Shown: in pieces, positions 12,418 to 26,501 of the stretch
How positions within the stretch are numbered: position 1 is the stretch's first letter
Layout of the letters: every line of letters begins with the position of its first letter
Assembly (NCBI RefSeq): GCF_001194135.2
Contig: NC_068981.1
Span: 110,670,535-110,734,534 of the forward strand
Source: Octopus bimaculoides
Taxonomy: Eukaryota
Direction: 5' to 3'
Length of the DNA: 64,000 nucleotides
The notes under the pieces: generated by a model
Database searches by the model: none
What the model was told of the DNA's origin: nothing
The model's input: only the letters and a program-made list of their open reading frames with translations
Program-made: the position numbers and the translations under genes

Positions 12418-13227
12418 AGTAAAGCAGAATGGAGGACGATCTTATGCGAGAGGCTGTAGGTGCTCAATCGTCATGCTAGAAAGAGCAGCTAAATAGCTTA
12501 CTAATTACATTTCGGATGCTTCGAAAAGAGCTAAAGACACAGAATAACGAATCCAATATATACATAATGCTTGAATTGTGGATATGACGATCATGGCTGG
12601 AACGATTTTGGTCAGCCAATCAACAACAGTATAGAGGCCTGGACTGCAGGGCACCTTTAAGATAGTTAATATTTTTGATTAGCTTACCAACTCAATATTT
12701 TAAATAAATTACAATGTTTCGTGTTAAATTTTTGTATCCAGTTAAAGAATGATAACAACTGACGTTCATTTTGGTAGAACTAGGACTCAGAATTACGTAG
12801 TCCTTCTAGTGCAGTTCTCTACCACTTCGACATTGCTAGCATTAGGTATTGTTCTTCATCACTTGCAGCACAAAATATGAATGGGAGAAATGTTGCAGCT
12901 CTGATTTGTTTGATAATATCGCTAACCAAAATAAAACTGTAATCAAATTAATCCTGGAATAACAGCTGTGCTGGAAATACATTTGAATCCATGCATCTGT
13001 TGAACTCTGCTAAAGTTCTTCCCAGTTTCTTCATCTTATTTTAATATATTCATATGCCGCATGGCATATGAAATGCATTTAGAATTAGCTTCAGTTTATT
13101 TTTTATTCCTATTTCTACTAAGTAGGATTTATTTGAATTGAACAAAAAGACTGCTGAGAGAAATTAAGACTAACGACTTATGTAAGGATAAACAAATAAG
13201 CATTTAAAATAATGATGAAGTCAGACT

Positions 13228-13255
13228 CTCTGTCTGTCTGTCTGTCTGTCTGTCA

Positions 13256-13298
<43 letters not shown>

Positions 13299-13299
13299 C

Positions 13300-13352
<53 letters not shown>

Positions 13353-13500
13353 AGCGTGTGTGTAAGGAAGGCCGATATCATGTTTTTAGCAAAGATAGCT
13401 TCTTAATCATTGGAGAAAATTCGGTACATGTCTATGTTTATATTTTTTTATTCTTTTACTTGTTTCAGTCATTTGATTGCAGTCATGCTGGAGCACCGCC

Positions 13501-13562
<62 letters not shown>

Positions 13563-13570
13563 CAGATAGA
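13228..13570. repeat. (TCTG)n/(CT)n, a SINE-A 3' fragment and (GATA)n cluster
   Basis: Direct reading. TTTCAGTCATTTGATTGCAGTCATGCTGGAGCACCGCC at about 13463-13500 matches the SINE A terminus. Confidence 0.85.
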
Positions 13571-13639
13571 TAATATGTTGATAGATAATTGCTAGTCTCT
13601 TCGAACCGCTTGTCTGTCCAGTTAATTTTGACCTCTTGT

Positions 13640-14300
13640 GTGTTCGTGAGTAGCTAAAGAAGGTGCTCAGCTGCTGACAAGATTTCGCCAAGGATTGAGA
13701 TGTACATGTAAAGCTTTTCCCCATTCGTATTCACCCCATGTCTCACTTGCATATTTATGCGCATGGAAAATGCTATTGTTGAAGAGATTGACACGCGGCG
13801 CTTCTTCTAGTGCTTTGATTACATCTTTAATCGAAGCAAACGATTTCAATCCTGTTCTTACTTTGCACGAGATTTTGGCATTACTGTATGTTCCTAGTAG
13901 ATGTACCCCTTCTGCGATAGTAACTAAGTATTCTCTTTCCTTTTTATCTCTTAATCCAAATTTTCCACCGTTTCTCGCTGTCACCCTTTTGCGACTTTTG
14001 CAAAGAAACCTCCCTTAACGATGGTGTAATTAGTGTTATGAGATAGCCCTTCCATCAGGTCACGATGCAAAATCTCCCACTTTATCATCTGTGCTTTCAA
14101 ATGTGGAAGCACGATCTTCAGCATGGAATTTTCTGAGAGACAAACCTTTGGCATTCCGATGAATGATGAAGATAAATTGCAGGATACAATTTGCGATGCC
14201 CATCCTTTATTTACGATGATAAATATATCACTTTTTCCTCTCACAAATAACCACATTTCATCTCGGTTTTGTTTACATTCCAGATTCCTCCCAAAGAGAC
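13640..14300 (-). pseudogene. Old RTE-like reverse transcriptase remnant
   Basis: KSFASIKDVIK..RVNLFNNSIFHAHKYASETW resembles the RTE RT C-terminal F..IK.VL..R..LFN..VLP..YASETW block. The upstream IIVNKG...LPHL segment is very degenerate. Confidence 0.5.
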
Positions 14301-15399
14301 TATATCATCCATGGGAGGGGCTTTGACAACCTTGATAGCATAACCTTTCATACAACTTTCGTCCTGATAGTTTTTATTCAGCCTGCCGATTATTTGAGAC
14401 GCCAGCGATTCACTGTTTTTCTTTATCAGTAGAAGTGAAATTTATCTAAGCATGTGGTTGTATGTGGATACTTGCTACTGGTGACGTTTAAGGAAGAATA
14501 AATCTAGATTCAGCAATTCCACCACCGCTACTGGACTTTTTCATCTGTTACTGATATGCTTTTGTACTTTTTAGCCATATATGTACACATGAGATGTTGT
14601 CTCGTGACGAATACCGAAGTTTTGTAGCTTTCTATAGTATATACACGTTAAAATATACAGAATGTTATTTTGAACCAATAGTGTTCCCTTACCTAATCAA
14701 GAATATACATACATGCATGCATGCTTCCATCCATGCACCCATCCATCCATCCATCCATACATACATACATACAAACAAAGATGCATCTGTATGTGTATGT
14801 GTGTGTGTGTGTGTGTGTGTGTTTGTGTGTAAGTATGTATATAGTATATANNNNNNNNNNNNNNNNNNNNNNNNNNNNNNNNNNNNNNNNNNNNNNNNNN
14901 NNNNNNNNNNNNNNNNNNNNNNNNNNNNNNNNNNNNNNNNNNNNNNNNNNNNNNNNNNNNNNNNNNNNNNNNNNNNNNNNNNNNNTATATACATATATGG
15001 ATAATAACAACAAATGGAGCAAAACGCATGTCGATGAAAGTTCCTTTAATTCCTACATATATGTTTCGAAGCAAGTGAGGGTCATTTCACAAAAAAAAAA
15101 AAAAAGAAAGGGCTGCTGGAATCATCACTTGTTTCTCATCAGGGAGATCATAATAAAACATGTAGTAGCAAGATAAAAACGAAATGATGGGGTAACTTAA
15201 GAGCTGAGATGTTACATGGTTAGTGACCGTTAGAAGGTTTGTTTACATAGAGTTGTGACGGGGTCAACGATATTAGTCCACGGGCTTTAGGAATAATAAC
15301 GCTAGTTTACATAGAATTATAAAGGGAGGGTGTTATTGATGTGATGCTAAAGGTTGAGGTCCAGGAGTTATTTGGGTGAGGGGAGATAATTAAAGTGAA

Positions 15400-15724
15400 T
15401 GTTCACATATGTGTCTGCTAGCGTGCAGACACCTATGTACAAACACGTGCGTGTACGCACATACACACATACATATGCGCACACCCATGTATACATACTC
15501 ACACACCCACATACACCCATACACATACACATACACACCCATACAGAAACCTCCACATGTACATATGTACAAACACGCTCACCTATACATACGTGCCTGT
15601 ATATATACCTACTTTCCTGTATATGTACAAACATGCAAATATCCACATCCGCACACACATACATACGTATACACGCACACACACATGCATGTATATATGC
15701 ATGTACACCTACATATGCGCACAC

Positions 15725-15768
<44 letters not shown>

Positions 15769-16140
15769 GTATAAACATACACCTACGCACCTACATTCTT
15801 ACACACCCACACACATGCGCGTGCCTCGTGCTCATATGTGTGCGCCCATATATATCCATACATACATTTGCTTATGTGTACCTACCCGTTCTCGCACATA
15901 CACACAAACACAAACCCACACACCCCCATATCGAAACCTTCGCAAATACACGTGCTCACACACGCGCACCTTTACTTACTTGCGTGTCTATATACATACA
16001 TTCCTGTATATATACAGACGTGCAAATACCCCCACACGCACATACCTACATATGCACGCATGCATGTCCACACACGTACACCCATTTGTATATATTTGTA
16101 TACACTTGTATGTATGCACAAGTATACACCCATAAACATA

Positions 16141-16180
<40 letters not shown>

Positions 16181-16270
16181 TACCCATTCACACACCCACA
16201 CACGCCCACCCTCACATGCACTCGCAAACACACATATGCATATATGTACCCCAAAACACACACATGTGTT
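15400..16270. repeat. Long degenerate (CA/TA) simple-sequence tract with a cryptic 387-bp duplication
   Basis: Purine/pyrimidine-alternating low complexity. Three anchor words recur at +387. Confidence 0.8.
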
Positions 16271-17417
16271 TTGTTTAAGGCTATAAAAAATAATAGGATT
16301 AATAACATACTGATTTAAAGCGAAGAGCATAAACATGATAAAAGAAATATCATTACCCTGTTATATATTAATGTCCTTATGTTAGCGTTAATCAGTGTAA
16401 AACCGAAGTATAGGGTGTTAGCTGAGAAATAATAATAATAATAATAACAAAACATGCTCATAAGGAGAAGGTCAGATCTATGGCAAAGCAGTTGGTGATG
16501 CAAGGTAGCCTTAGCTGTAATTACTGGGAAGGAAAAATTAATCAACTATAGAAGGGGAAAAGGCAAGTTGTGGTGGATGAAGAAGTGGAAATTATTCATA
16601 GGATATTGATAAAAAAAAGATTATAATAACTATAATAAAAATACTGCTTGGAACCTAACCTGGTGGGAATGATGGAGCTAGCTGTAATGAAGGAACGTAT
16701 GTTTCTTGAAGTGCTGACAGCGGTACGCCCTCTGAGTGATTTGGTTAACTAGGCGATTCTTGGAGAACAGGATATAAAAAAAGTTCTAAGTTACAAAGAG
16801 GGCAGAATTCCCTCCCCTTATCATAGGGCACTGAGGTAGCCAGTATGGACCATTCCAAAGAGAATTGCTTATTGCAATCCTTCAGTTCCCAAATGAATTT
16901 ACTTAGGCCAGTAGTCCTAGCTTTATTTCTATCTCTAAACGACGAATAATGATTCTTATTTTGCTACCACTGGTAACCATTAACGTATTCAAATTATCGA
17001 AAGTTTTAATAACTGAGATNNNNNNNNNNNNNNNNNNNNNNNNNNNNNNNNNNNNNNNNNNNNNNNNNNNNNNNNNNNNNNNNNNNNNNNNNNNNNNNNN
17101 NNNNNNNNNNNNNNNNNNNCACCCCCTGAAAATTCTAGGTGGTGCGGGTGCACCCGCTGCACCCCCTGTCCCCGGGCCCTTGGTCCAGCTCAACATGCCT
17201 CATGCTTTTGTCATTTGTGTTGGTTTTAAAAAGTGAATGAACAAAAGTTCAGCCTCACCTGTTAAAGGGATGATTCTTCCAAAGAAATAACTGTAGAACC
17301 TTTGAAGTAGCGACTATTTTACTTGTTTTGGAGGGGATGGGTGTACTTCCATGGATGAGATGTAAAGAAGATATACAATTTTTTTCTTATTCATTGTTTC
17401 GTTTTCTCGTATTCTAA

Positions 17418-17678
17418 TTTCTTCTTCTTCTTCTTCTTCTTCTTCTTCTTCTTCTTCTTCTTCTTCTTCTTCTTCTTCTTCTTCTTCTTCTTCTTCTTCT
17501 TCTTCTTCTTCTATTATTATTATTATTATTATTATTATTTTATGTTTGACTTTTGTTTTGCATTTGTACAAGTTGGATCCAAGTCTCACCCAGAGACCTC
17601 AAGAGACAACAAGTCAGAAGTTCATGTAGGTGTTATGCCAAGGGTACCATATATTTGGATTTGTACATAGTGTTGTTC

Positions 17679-17726
<48 letters not shown>

Positions 17727-17900
17727 CATCCTCCTCCTCCTCCTCCTCTTATTACTTTTCTAACAACAATTAGAACGATAGAAGCAATAAGAGCAAACAA
17801 CAAGGGCAACAGAAACAATAACAGCAACACCATCATCATCATCATCATCAGCAGAAGCAGCAGAAGCAACGGCAACAGTAGTAGCAACAGTAATAACAAA
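17418..17900. repeat. Trinucleotide microsatellite cluster (CTT)n, (ATT)n, (CCT)n, (CAT)/(CAG)/(CAA)
   Basis: Direct reading. Confidence 0.95.
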
Positions 17901-18245
17901 AACTCATTCGTTACCACAAACTCAAAAACAGAGCCGTCGTTTACCAGTGTAATGCAAACTTGGATTGATTTAATACTTAACAACACGGAACTCAACCTGA
18001 GACATTGGCACTGCTTAGCCAGACTTAATTGTGCTCCTCACCCCACTGAGAAATAGAGAAACGAAGAACCTTTACTCATAGATGTATGAATAGATAACAG
18101 TTCGAGCAGAAAAATGCATAAATCAATGTTTTGAGAATGAATAGATACATTATATTTAAAGATTATTTCTGTTTTGCGTGCACCTCATAAATCATTACAT
18201 AGCACACACACACACACATATATATATACTCTGACATTCTTTCAT

Positions 18246-18300
<55 letters not shown>

Positions 18301-21300
18301 GGAGAGAAAAATACATGATTTAACAGCATTAAAAATTATGATGCAATCCTCCTAATCCAAGAGAATCTCTAGGGCCAATCGAGGAGCTCCTCCATCCAAT
18401 ATCTCCCTGAAAAAGAAGGGTGAGTGCCCTGTTCAGTTTTCGTTCTCAACTTACGGGCTTATATTTAGAAGCTATTTAATCATTATCACTCAACTTTCTA
18501 TAAATTCTCTACCTTCAACTTCCTTTACAAGTGAAACTTGAAAAAGTGAGGAGGGCTCTACCGAAGAAGAAAATCTATGTCCAGATACCTTTCGACCTCG
18601 TTCACTTCGCAACCGTTTCTCTCAATAGCCACCAAACAAAGGAAAATTTTCTTCCCTACCCTATTCTTTAATCGGACACCAAAGAGCACGTCACCCTGTG
18701 TTTAAGCGCATGGGCCTGAGCTCTGGGAACGCACCCTTCGTGTCTTGTATTCAAGGAGTGGTCAAGGCCATCTTCGCAAGCATGTCAGTCACGATGGCTT
18801 TACTAATCGTCTCCTGTTGATTGCTAATTAATTGCCACCCTAATCTATTTGAATCTCTTTCACTATTTCTTAGCCAAACGCTATCGATTCTGATCCAATC
18901 TTCAGGGTATCCCATTACCGGTTGTTGTCTGCTTCGTCAACTGCCACTTATTTCACTAATCCAGTTTCTGCAGACTTGTCACGTTCAACTTCCAATAATC
19001 GGGTTACGAATTCTATCTCAATCAACTGAACAGCTCACAAATTTGTGATCTGTAAAGCTGACCAGTTTGAAATGTGAACATCCTACATTATTGCTAACTG
19101 CTGACAAAACAATTGCTCTAAGTATGATCTGGATGGCCTGCAGAGATTATTCTGTCTATACTGGCACATGAGGGAAAATCTTGTCGGTACCCTGTTGGAC
19201 AAGACCTTCTTACTAATTTTTTCCTGTTTAGTCGGAGCTTTGTTGTGGATTTTTGGTTTTACGATTCTACTCCTTCTACTCCTCCTTCTTCACCTCTCCT
19301 CCTACCTTTTTCTCCTTTGTCTCTTTCAATACAGAGTGATACAACAATTTCACTCTGTATTGACCACTCGTATCATCGCTTGCGACGATAAGAATATTAA
19401 AAATAACATTACCATCTTACTTCATGGCATCACTGCTGCCGCAACTTACATTGATACACCCATCATCACAATTAAGGATATTAAGCAGCATGTTTAAAAG
19501 TATGCTTGTACTAATGCCATCATCATCCTCAGCATTATTGTTAATGGGTCTATCACTAGACTCATTACCACCTTTCTTCCTATTATAATCAATAGTCTCA
19601 ACATTAGTTCTATCGACATCATCATCATCACACCATAATCAACATAATTACCACAACCATAACTACCATGTTTTCCATTGAAATGATTCAATTTCGCTTT
19701 GATTTCAGTCGCCTTTAACAAAACTACACCCACCGCTCCTCTCAGCATCATGTCTCACGGCAGCCAATGGCACCGTAGCATCTTAACTCTTTCAAGCTGG
19801 ATGGTGCAAATAAAGTACCACTTATTTGTGTCAGTTTAATGAGTGGTGGTACATAAGTCATACTGAAACTTAAAATTCTTTTTGTTGCATGGTCGGTAGC
19901 TCAGAAAATGTACCACTTCATCTATCAGTCAATCAGAAGCCACCCTTTCCATTTGGCAAGAATTTCTGCGACACAAACGGAATATTTTTTTCAGTTGAAT
20001 CCATTTTGTGCCAAAGGTCAGTCGACGAAAAAGCAAGAGTACAAATTTTTGCCCTTCTAGAGTTTTTTGTTTTCGGCCTATCTATCTCGCCCCTGAAAGA
20101 CTTAAAAGAGGAAGGATGCCTATGGTCCTGGTGGCGCTATGTTTGAATAAAATCAGGAATGATCACGGCTAAAATGACGTTTTACCATATACCAGAGACG
20201 CTAGCATCACCAGACCCTCAAATTAAATCTTTTGTTAGAACGAAATGAAGTCGACAGATTTAATAAGTATATCAATGATATTTTATCAATAGATATCCAA
20301 CTCAACATTGTGAAGCAGTTTTCCAGCATTATTCTATATCGGTGAGACGGGTTTTTTACTCTTTGGTTTGTATTGAAATGAAGCAATCAAAATATCTCTT
20401 TCAACTTTTATCTTGATTTCTGATTTGCAAAAAAATGGAAGAAAGAAAAGACTTATGTTGGCTGTTGGTTCTCAACTCCAGATCAGCCCTGAGGCAGCCA
20501 ACTTATGTTGAAAAGTGCCTTACAGGGGCCACTCTTTTTATTTCAGGCATTGTGCATCGAGTAAGATCTTTTTTAAGATGATAGAATGTGATTTCAAGAA
20601 AAATTTGGCAACTATTTCTTGCAGGCAGAGCGACCAATTAAAGGATTTTTGTTGATTCATTCCGACACATGGTTATATTTTTAGGAAACTCAAACAACTG
20701 GAAAATTTAAGAAGTATATTTTAAGTAACAATGTGAAGTAAGAAGTGCATTTTAAGAAACAATTTATAGAATAGTACCGGTAATATACTTCTTATATCCA
20801 TAAACCTATAAATTATCGGTCCGTCATATTTAATATAAGACGCATTTCTGTAAAGGATATGTAAAGATGACTGCATATCATTTCAAGTCATATCTGGTAC
20901 TTATGCTATTAGTCCAGAAGGAATGAAATCTATCCGATGTCCTTCGAAATCAGAACATTCAGAAATGAAGCTTGGTACCATATGAGATTTTCTCCAGGCA
21001 TCTATGATATTTCTATCACTATCCCTTTGAAAGCAAAACTGTTACAACGAAGTTTCAAAATTGGATTTCTCCAAAACAACTTTTTTGTCAACCTAAGTCT
21101 GAGATAAACCATTTAAGGAGCGATGTATATACTACTGACAAGCACTCACTCTATGAGTTCAAAGAAAGTCTTCACTTATCCATTCTACACCTCTGCTACA
21201 TCATTAAGTACAGACTCTAAGGTTCGAAGCAATAAATCAGGAAATGATCGGAATATTTTAGCACATTTTCACATGTACACACTACACAAGGAAACAATAT

Positions 21301-21677
21301 TTTGACAAAGTGGATTTGACGTTTTCATTCATAGTCAAGGTGTGGGAATAAAACGCTTTTATCTAGTAGATGAGAAATAAATAAATTACCAAATGTGTGG
21401 ACAATAATTTCTTGAAGAGAATAAAATCGATAAATTCTATTTGGAAGGTTTCGTACAGAAAAAGAAAAAAAATAACAGCTCGATTAACAAATGGATGACT
21501 CAAATCAAAACAGGGTAGAAGAAAGTGGGGTGGGAGAGATTAAAAAGAAATACTGAGGTAACGATAAATTTGTTCCAGATGCAATCTGATGTCAGATAAT
21601 TTGTTAAAGAACCATCTTTTACTTTACGGTTGGAGTAAGAGGAATTACGTTAAATAAATGAAATGCAAAATTAAGAA

Positions 21678-21709
<32 letters not shown>

Positions 21710-21820
21710 NNNNNNNNNNNNNNNNNNNNNNNNNNNNNNNNNNNNNNNNNNNNNNNNNNNNNNNNNNNNNNNNNNNNNNNNNNNNNNNNNNNNNNNNNNN
21801 NNNNNNNNNNNNNNNNNNNN

Positions 21821-21876
<56 letters not shown>

Positions 21877-22829
21877 TTTCATGTCTATATCTTATGTGTA
21901 GGTAACTTCAAATCTCCCACTAGGCTCAAATTCGGACAAATATATTTACAGATAACCATATATTCACATAGATCCGAAGAGATTTATTTTAGATGTAATA
22001 TCATAGAAAATAAGATATTTGCGCACACACACAACTGTATCAGAGTAGTAGTTTGCCTGTGTGTTTGTGTGTACCGAAACATTGTAAAAGGGCATTAGAT
22101 ATCTTTTAATACCTACTTATTCCCATTTTTATACACTTTTTTAAAATCATGCCCTATTTCCGCATTTATCCATAGGCCTAAAATGCCAGAATTGAAGAAA
22201 TATTTATAAACACAGCCCACAAACTCTGCTTCTATAAAACAGAAAGATTAAAATTTCTACATTATTAATCAAATTACTTATAGAACAATGAACTATACCA
22301 GAGAGAACTATACCAAGCAACAACATTTACACCTACACACATCTTGTGAACATCAAAACACTAGATAAGTAAGTTTCTATACTAACAACACCTCGACATG
22401 CCCGACTGATAACCCCCGCCTTCCAGATACAATCAGGAAATACCCTAAATAATAACAATAAGTAAAGAAGCCCACCAGGGCTTCTTTACTTATTATACCA
22501 CCTGCTTACGTTCTTTTGTGAACCCTTAAAAATTTCTATTTCAAAAAAGTTCACACACCTAATAACTAAGTTTTAAATGCTACACTAAACTTCGAACTCT
22601 GCTACACTAGACTTCGAAGGATTAAATCCAATAAAACCAAAAAATAACTAACACACCACTGACTAAAAAGACTTCCGATACCTACCAACATCCTTTTTGT
22701 GAACCACTAAAAAACAATCTCATGACCTGAAGCGGACACTCCATTAAATTACGGGACATAATCACAGGCACCATTATGTATGTATGTATGTATGTATGTA
22801 TGTATGTATGTTTCTTCGAAATTTATTTT

Positions 22830-23330
22830 AAGTTTTTTTCCTTCGTAATATTCATATTTTTCACTAGCAAAGTGGCGAGGTCTTTTTCTTTAAGTTGAAA
22901 CAACTCCCGGGATTTGTTATCTGTTTTGGTTGATCTATGCATATATATGTACGTATGGTGTGCAGGCATTTCTAGGTTTCTATGCAAATTAGTTATGTAA
23001 CACTGCACGAATGGAAAAAATGTAGGATGTAAGAAATGTATGGTTCTCACCAGTTCTTCAGAGATGTTTTCCTTTTCCTGAATCTTTGAAGAGACATCCG
23101 CATACACTGAGCAGCTGATCTCTACAACGATTCCAATATTTTCTATTTTATTTTTAAAGGTATAGATGCTCTATGGTTTTGGAGTGTTTTATGGTCATCA
23201 GGGCAAGAATTCTTGTGCATAACACTGTAAACATTCTTGGTGACAATATCATGTCGCATGAGTAGACGCTTCCTCGCGTAATGGCAGTACATATGTCTCC
23301 GAATTGTTTATGATCTCAGAAGAATTCACC
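22830..23330 (-). pseudogene. Second R4/Dong-like RLE-domain remnant
   Basis: LLMRHDIVTKNVYSV and IVVEISCSVYADVSSKIQEKENISEELVRTIHFLHP parallel the RLE region at 9140-9500. Confidence 0.55.
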
Positions 23331-23522
23331 GATCCAGTTCACACATCTGGTGTGTGATTCTGATAGTCTGTAAGGAGAGTAGTAAATATTTTCTCAGCGA
23401 AAGTTGTCTGTTGCCGCAGTTATTTGGCAGAAGTTCGAGTAGGTGGAGTCTTTTAGATCTCATTTATTCTTCTACATCCTTTTCATGCAAGTTATCCCTC
23501 GCCTTGTCAGAAAACTGTTATA

Positions 23523-24300
23523 CGAGGGGTATATGAAAAGTCTTGAGCCTCAAAAAATAAATCACTGTACAAGACTTCTGATGATTTATTTTTCAACATA
23601 GTCCCCCTCGATGACTGAACACTTTTTCCAGCGGTGCTGAAGCGCCATTATCCTGGCGAAGAGGAACTCTTTTGTTTCAGACTCCAAGAAACTTCCTACA
23701 GCGTCTATGACGTCATTGTCACTGGCAAAATGTCGACCACCCAGGGTTTTTTTCATTTTTGGGTATAAATGAAATTCAAAGGGGGCTAAGTCTGGCGAAT
23801 AAGACGGATGGGGAATAGGTTCATATCCACAATCACGAATTGTTGCCATGGCAATCACTGAGGTGTGGGCTGGAGCATTGTTGTGATGAAAAAGGACTCC
23901 TCTAGTGAGCATTCCTGGCCTTTGTTCTTTGATTGCTTCTTGGAGGCATTTCAGTAGCTGAGAATAATACAGCCCTGTCATGGTGTGACCCTTTTCAAGG
24001 TAATCGATCAGCAAGACACTTTGAGAATCCAAAAAAAAAAACTGACGCCATGACCTTGCCAGCTGAAGGAATGACCCTGGCTTTCTTTGGGGTAGGAGAT
24101 GTGTGCTTACACTGCTTTGATTGTTCTTTGGTTTCAGGNNNNNNNNNNNNNNNNNNNNNNNNNNNNNNNNNNNNNNNNNNNNNNNNNNNNNNNNNNNNNN
24201 NGGACTCACCATATCTTCATGGATTTCTGATGGAGTCATGCCTTTCAAATGAAGGTACTTTATGACAGCACGATACTCAGTTTTCTCCGTTTTCATTGTA
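23523..24300 (-). mobile_element. Mariner transposase pseudogene (irritans-like), internally deleted, one TIR
   Basis: ORF 23586..24296 reads MKTEKTEYRAVIKYL..FHHNNAPAH..HPSYSPDLAPFEFHL..GDYVEK, with the second and third catalytic Asp replaced by N and E. TA plus the TIR CGAGGGGTATATGAAAAG lies at 23521. The other TIR was not found. Confidence 0.88.
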
Positions 24301-24559
24301 ACCTCGACACTTGTTTATTCAAAAATCTGCAGCAAAAAAAAATTAAAAAATCAGAATCATGGAAATGAGCAAGAATACCCCGAAAAGACTGTAGTAAACA
24401 GAAAAAAATTTTCCTCAAAAAGTACCAAAATTTTAATTTGTAATATTTTGCCTAAAAATCAACTGAAATGCATAATATATATTATTTATATTATACAGAG
24501 CTTTATTTTAAAGTGACCTACACATATTTAATGTATTTACTTTATAATCAGAAAGTTGC

Positions 24560-25095
24560 ATCGTCAACAGGGTGAGATTCCTCTTTGTACCAATGTCATT
24601 GTCCTTCTTTCAATTTAGCACAAAGCTCTGCATCGGGTTGGGCAGTAGCAGAGCATTGATTGTTTAGATATGCAATTTCGACTTATTCTTGACTTTAATG
24701 TTATTTAGGACTGAAAGTCTTCTCTCTGCTGCAGCTGAAGAATGTGGTAATGATAGGAACTGAAACATAAAGCACGACAGGACCGGATAACGAGCTTCAT
24801 CTCCATATTTTTCCTTAGAAGTTTTATATCAATAATCTTCTGGTTTGGTAGCTTCAGTAATGTCATTGTTATCTTGACGTTTAAGTTCTCTCCGTTCTTT
24901 ATTAAGAGGTTCAATCTGACTCTCCTTAACAATATTTGGAAATTTGCATTTCAGAGAAATAATTGAACTTGAACCATTGCAATCACGAATACAAACTGGG
25001 TCTAGTGCCTCTAGAAGCTTCAGGTTACGGAAGAAATCATGTGTAAAGGAGCGTTGAAAAAATTCCTTCTCAAGGCACACATAAAAATTTAATGT
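24560..25095 (-). pseudogene. hAT transposase C-terminal (dimerisation domain) remnant
   Basis: The minus frame reads KPEDY*YKTSKEKYGDEARYPVLSCFMFQFLSLPHSSAAAERRLSVLNNIKVKNKSKL, matching the hAT LPHSSA..ER.FS..N.IK motif. Confidence 0.7.
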
Positions 25096-26425
25096 TGGAT
25101 CTAGTCTTTCTCATTCGCAAAATCAGCCAAACTTGATTTTGCTCAGATTGCTTTCATTTTTGGTGTATCGATACAACTCTGAATTTTGATTGCGATCAGC
25201 CAATTACTTTATCTCGTAAATTAAAGAATCTGATGTTATTTGGAATTAAAACTGGGAAATTTCGATAATTTTAGCCAATCAACAGACAGCGTGGCATTAG
25301 CAGCTTGTTACCATGACAACAGGACGCTGTGCTGTGGTTCACTTCACTGTTGTCTCACTGTTGTCTGTGACGCACGTTGTTTGATGTTGATTTTTTACAA
25401 TTGATTCTTCACACCACGAGATTCTTTTCACCCGCGTGTTTTGTTTTAATTTTTCTGTGTTAGTATATTACATATTTTTCTGTGCTTCTCTGTGTTAGTA
25501 TTTTTCTGTGCTTACTGTGTATCATCTATTCTTATCGTAGTTTATAAATCCAAGCATGAAAACGTTACTCAACTCTGGAGTTTTGNNNNNNNNNNNNNNN
25601 NNNNNNNNNNNNNNNNNNNNNCACACACACACACACACACACACACACTTATATATTAATGATGTACATAAATACATGGCAGGTATACATAATACTGAAA
25701 TACGCATAAAGTAAACACATGCAGACAAATATATTAATATAACAAATTTTAAAAAATTAAAAAATACAATCAACGAATGAGAAAGACTAGATCCAGATAA
25801 AACATGTTGATTTTATTAGGTACAAACCTACATTGAAACTAGGTATTTCTGTTTATTTCCATATCTACAATGAACAAATCAGACGCTAAATTTCACAGGG
25901 TACAACCTTAAAGTTGACACAGCTCCGCTAAACGCTGAAGATTTCTGTCTCGCTATTGGCTAAACATATCCAGTTTTTTTCGATTTTTAAACCTCTGTAA
26001 CTTTTTCTCCGATTTTTTTTTTCTCCTCAAAATCGTACCTTCAAAGCAATGGGGCTTGAATGCGATGTTATTATAGCCAATTTTCAGATTTTTTACTGTC
26101 TTCTACAAAAAGTGTATTTTGTGAATGAAAAAGCTAGATCCTTAATGTTTTCACATATAATTTTTTCAATGCATGAAGCTTATACATATGTACGTACATA
26201 CATACATTACTTAGATTACTTCTCATTCATTATACTTTCTGTCATGTCTTTGGTGTGTGCGTATGTTCGTATCTGCATTCGTGCCTGTATGTAGACATCT
26301 GAGTTTTATCCTTTCAACTGATGTTTAAAAAACACATTTATTACTTTAAAGCTGAAAAGGGTAGTATGACAATAGCGTTTACCAACATTGCCTAGATTTC
26401 TCGCTGTACAAGCAGTATCCACCCT

Positions 26426-26426
<1 letters not shown>

Positions 26427-26500
<74 letters not shown>
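26427..26500. repeat. (ACT)n microsatellite
   Basis: Direct reading. Confidence 0.95.

Positions 26501-26501
<1 letters not shown>

Noticed and set aside
15399-16286. 295-aa His/Thr/Tyr-rich ORF
   Set aside because: It is a translation of CA/TA simple sequence, with similar ORFs in several frames and both strands.
17020-17185. GC-rich palindrome GCGGGTGCACCCGC and a possible hAT-type MITE end
   Set aside because: The other end falls in a gap, so no TIR pair or TSD can be shown.
17314-18056. Poly-E, poly-I and poly-Y ORFs
   Set aside because: These are direct translations of trinucleotide microsatellites.
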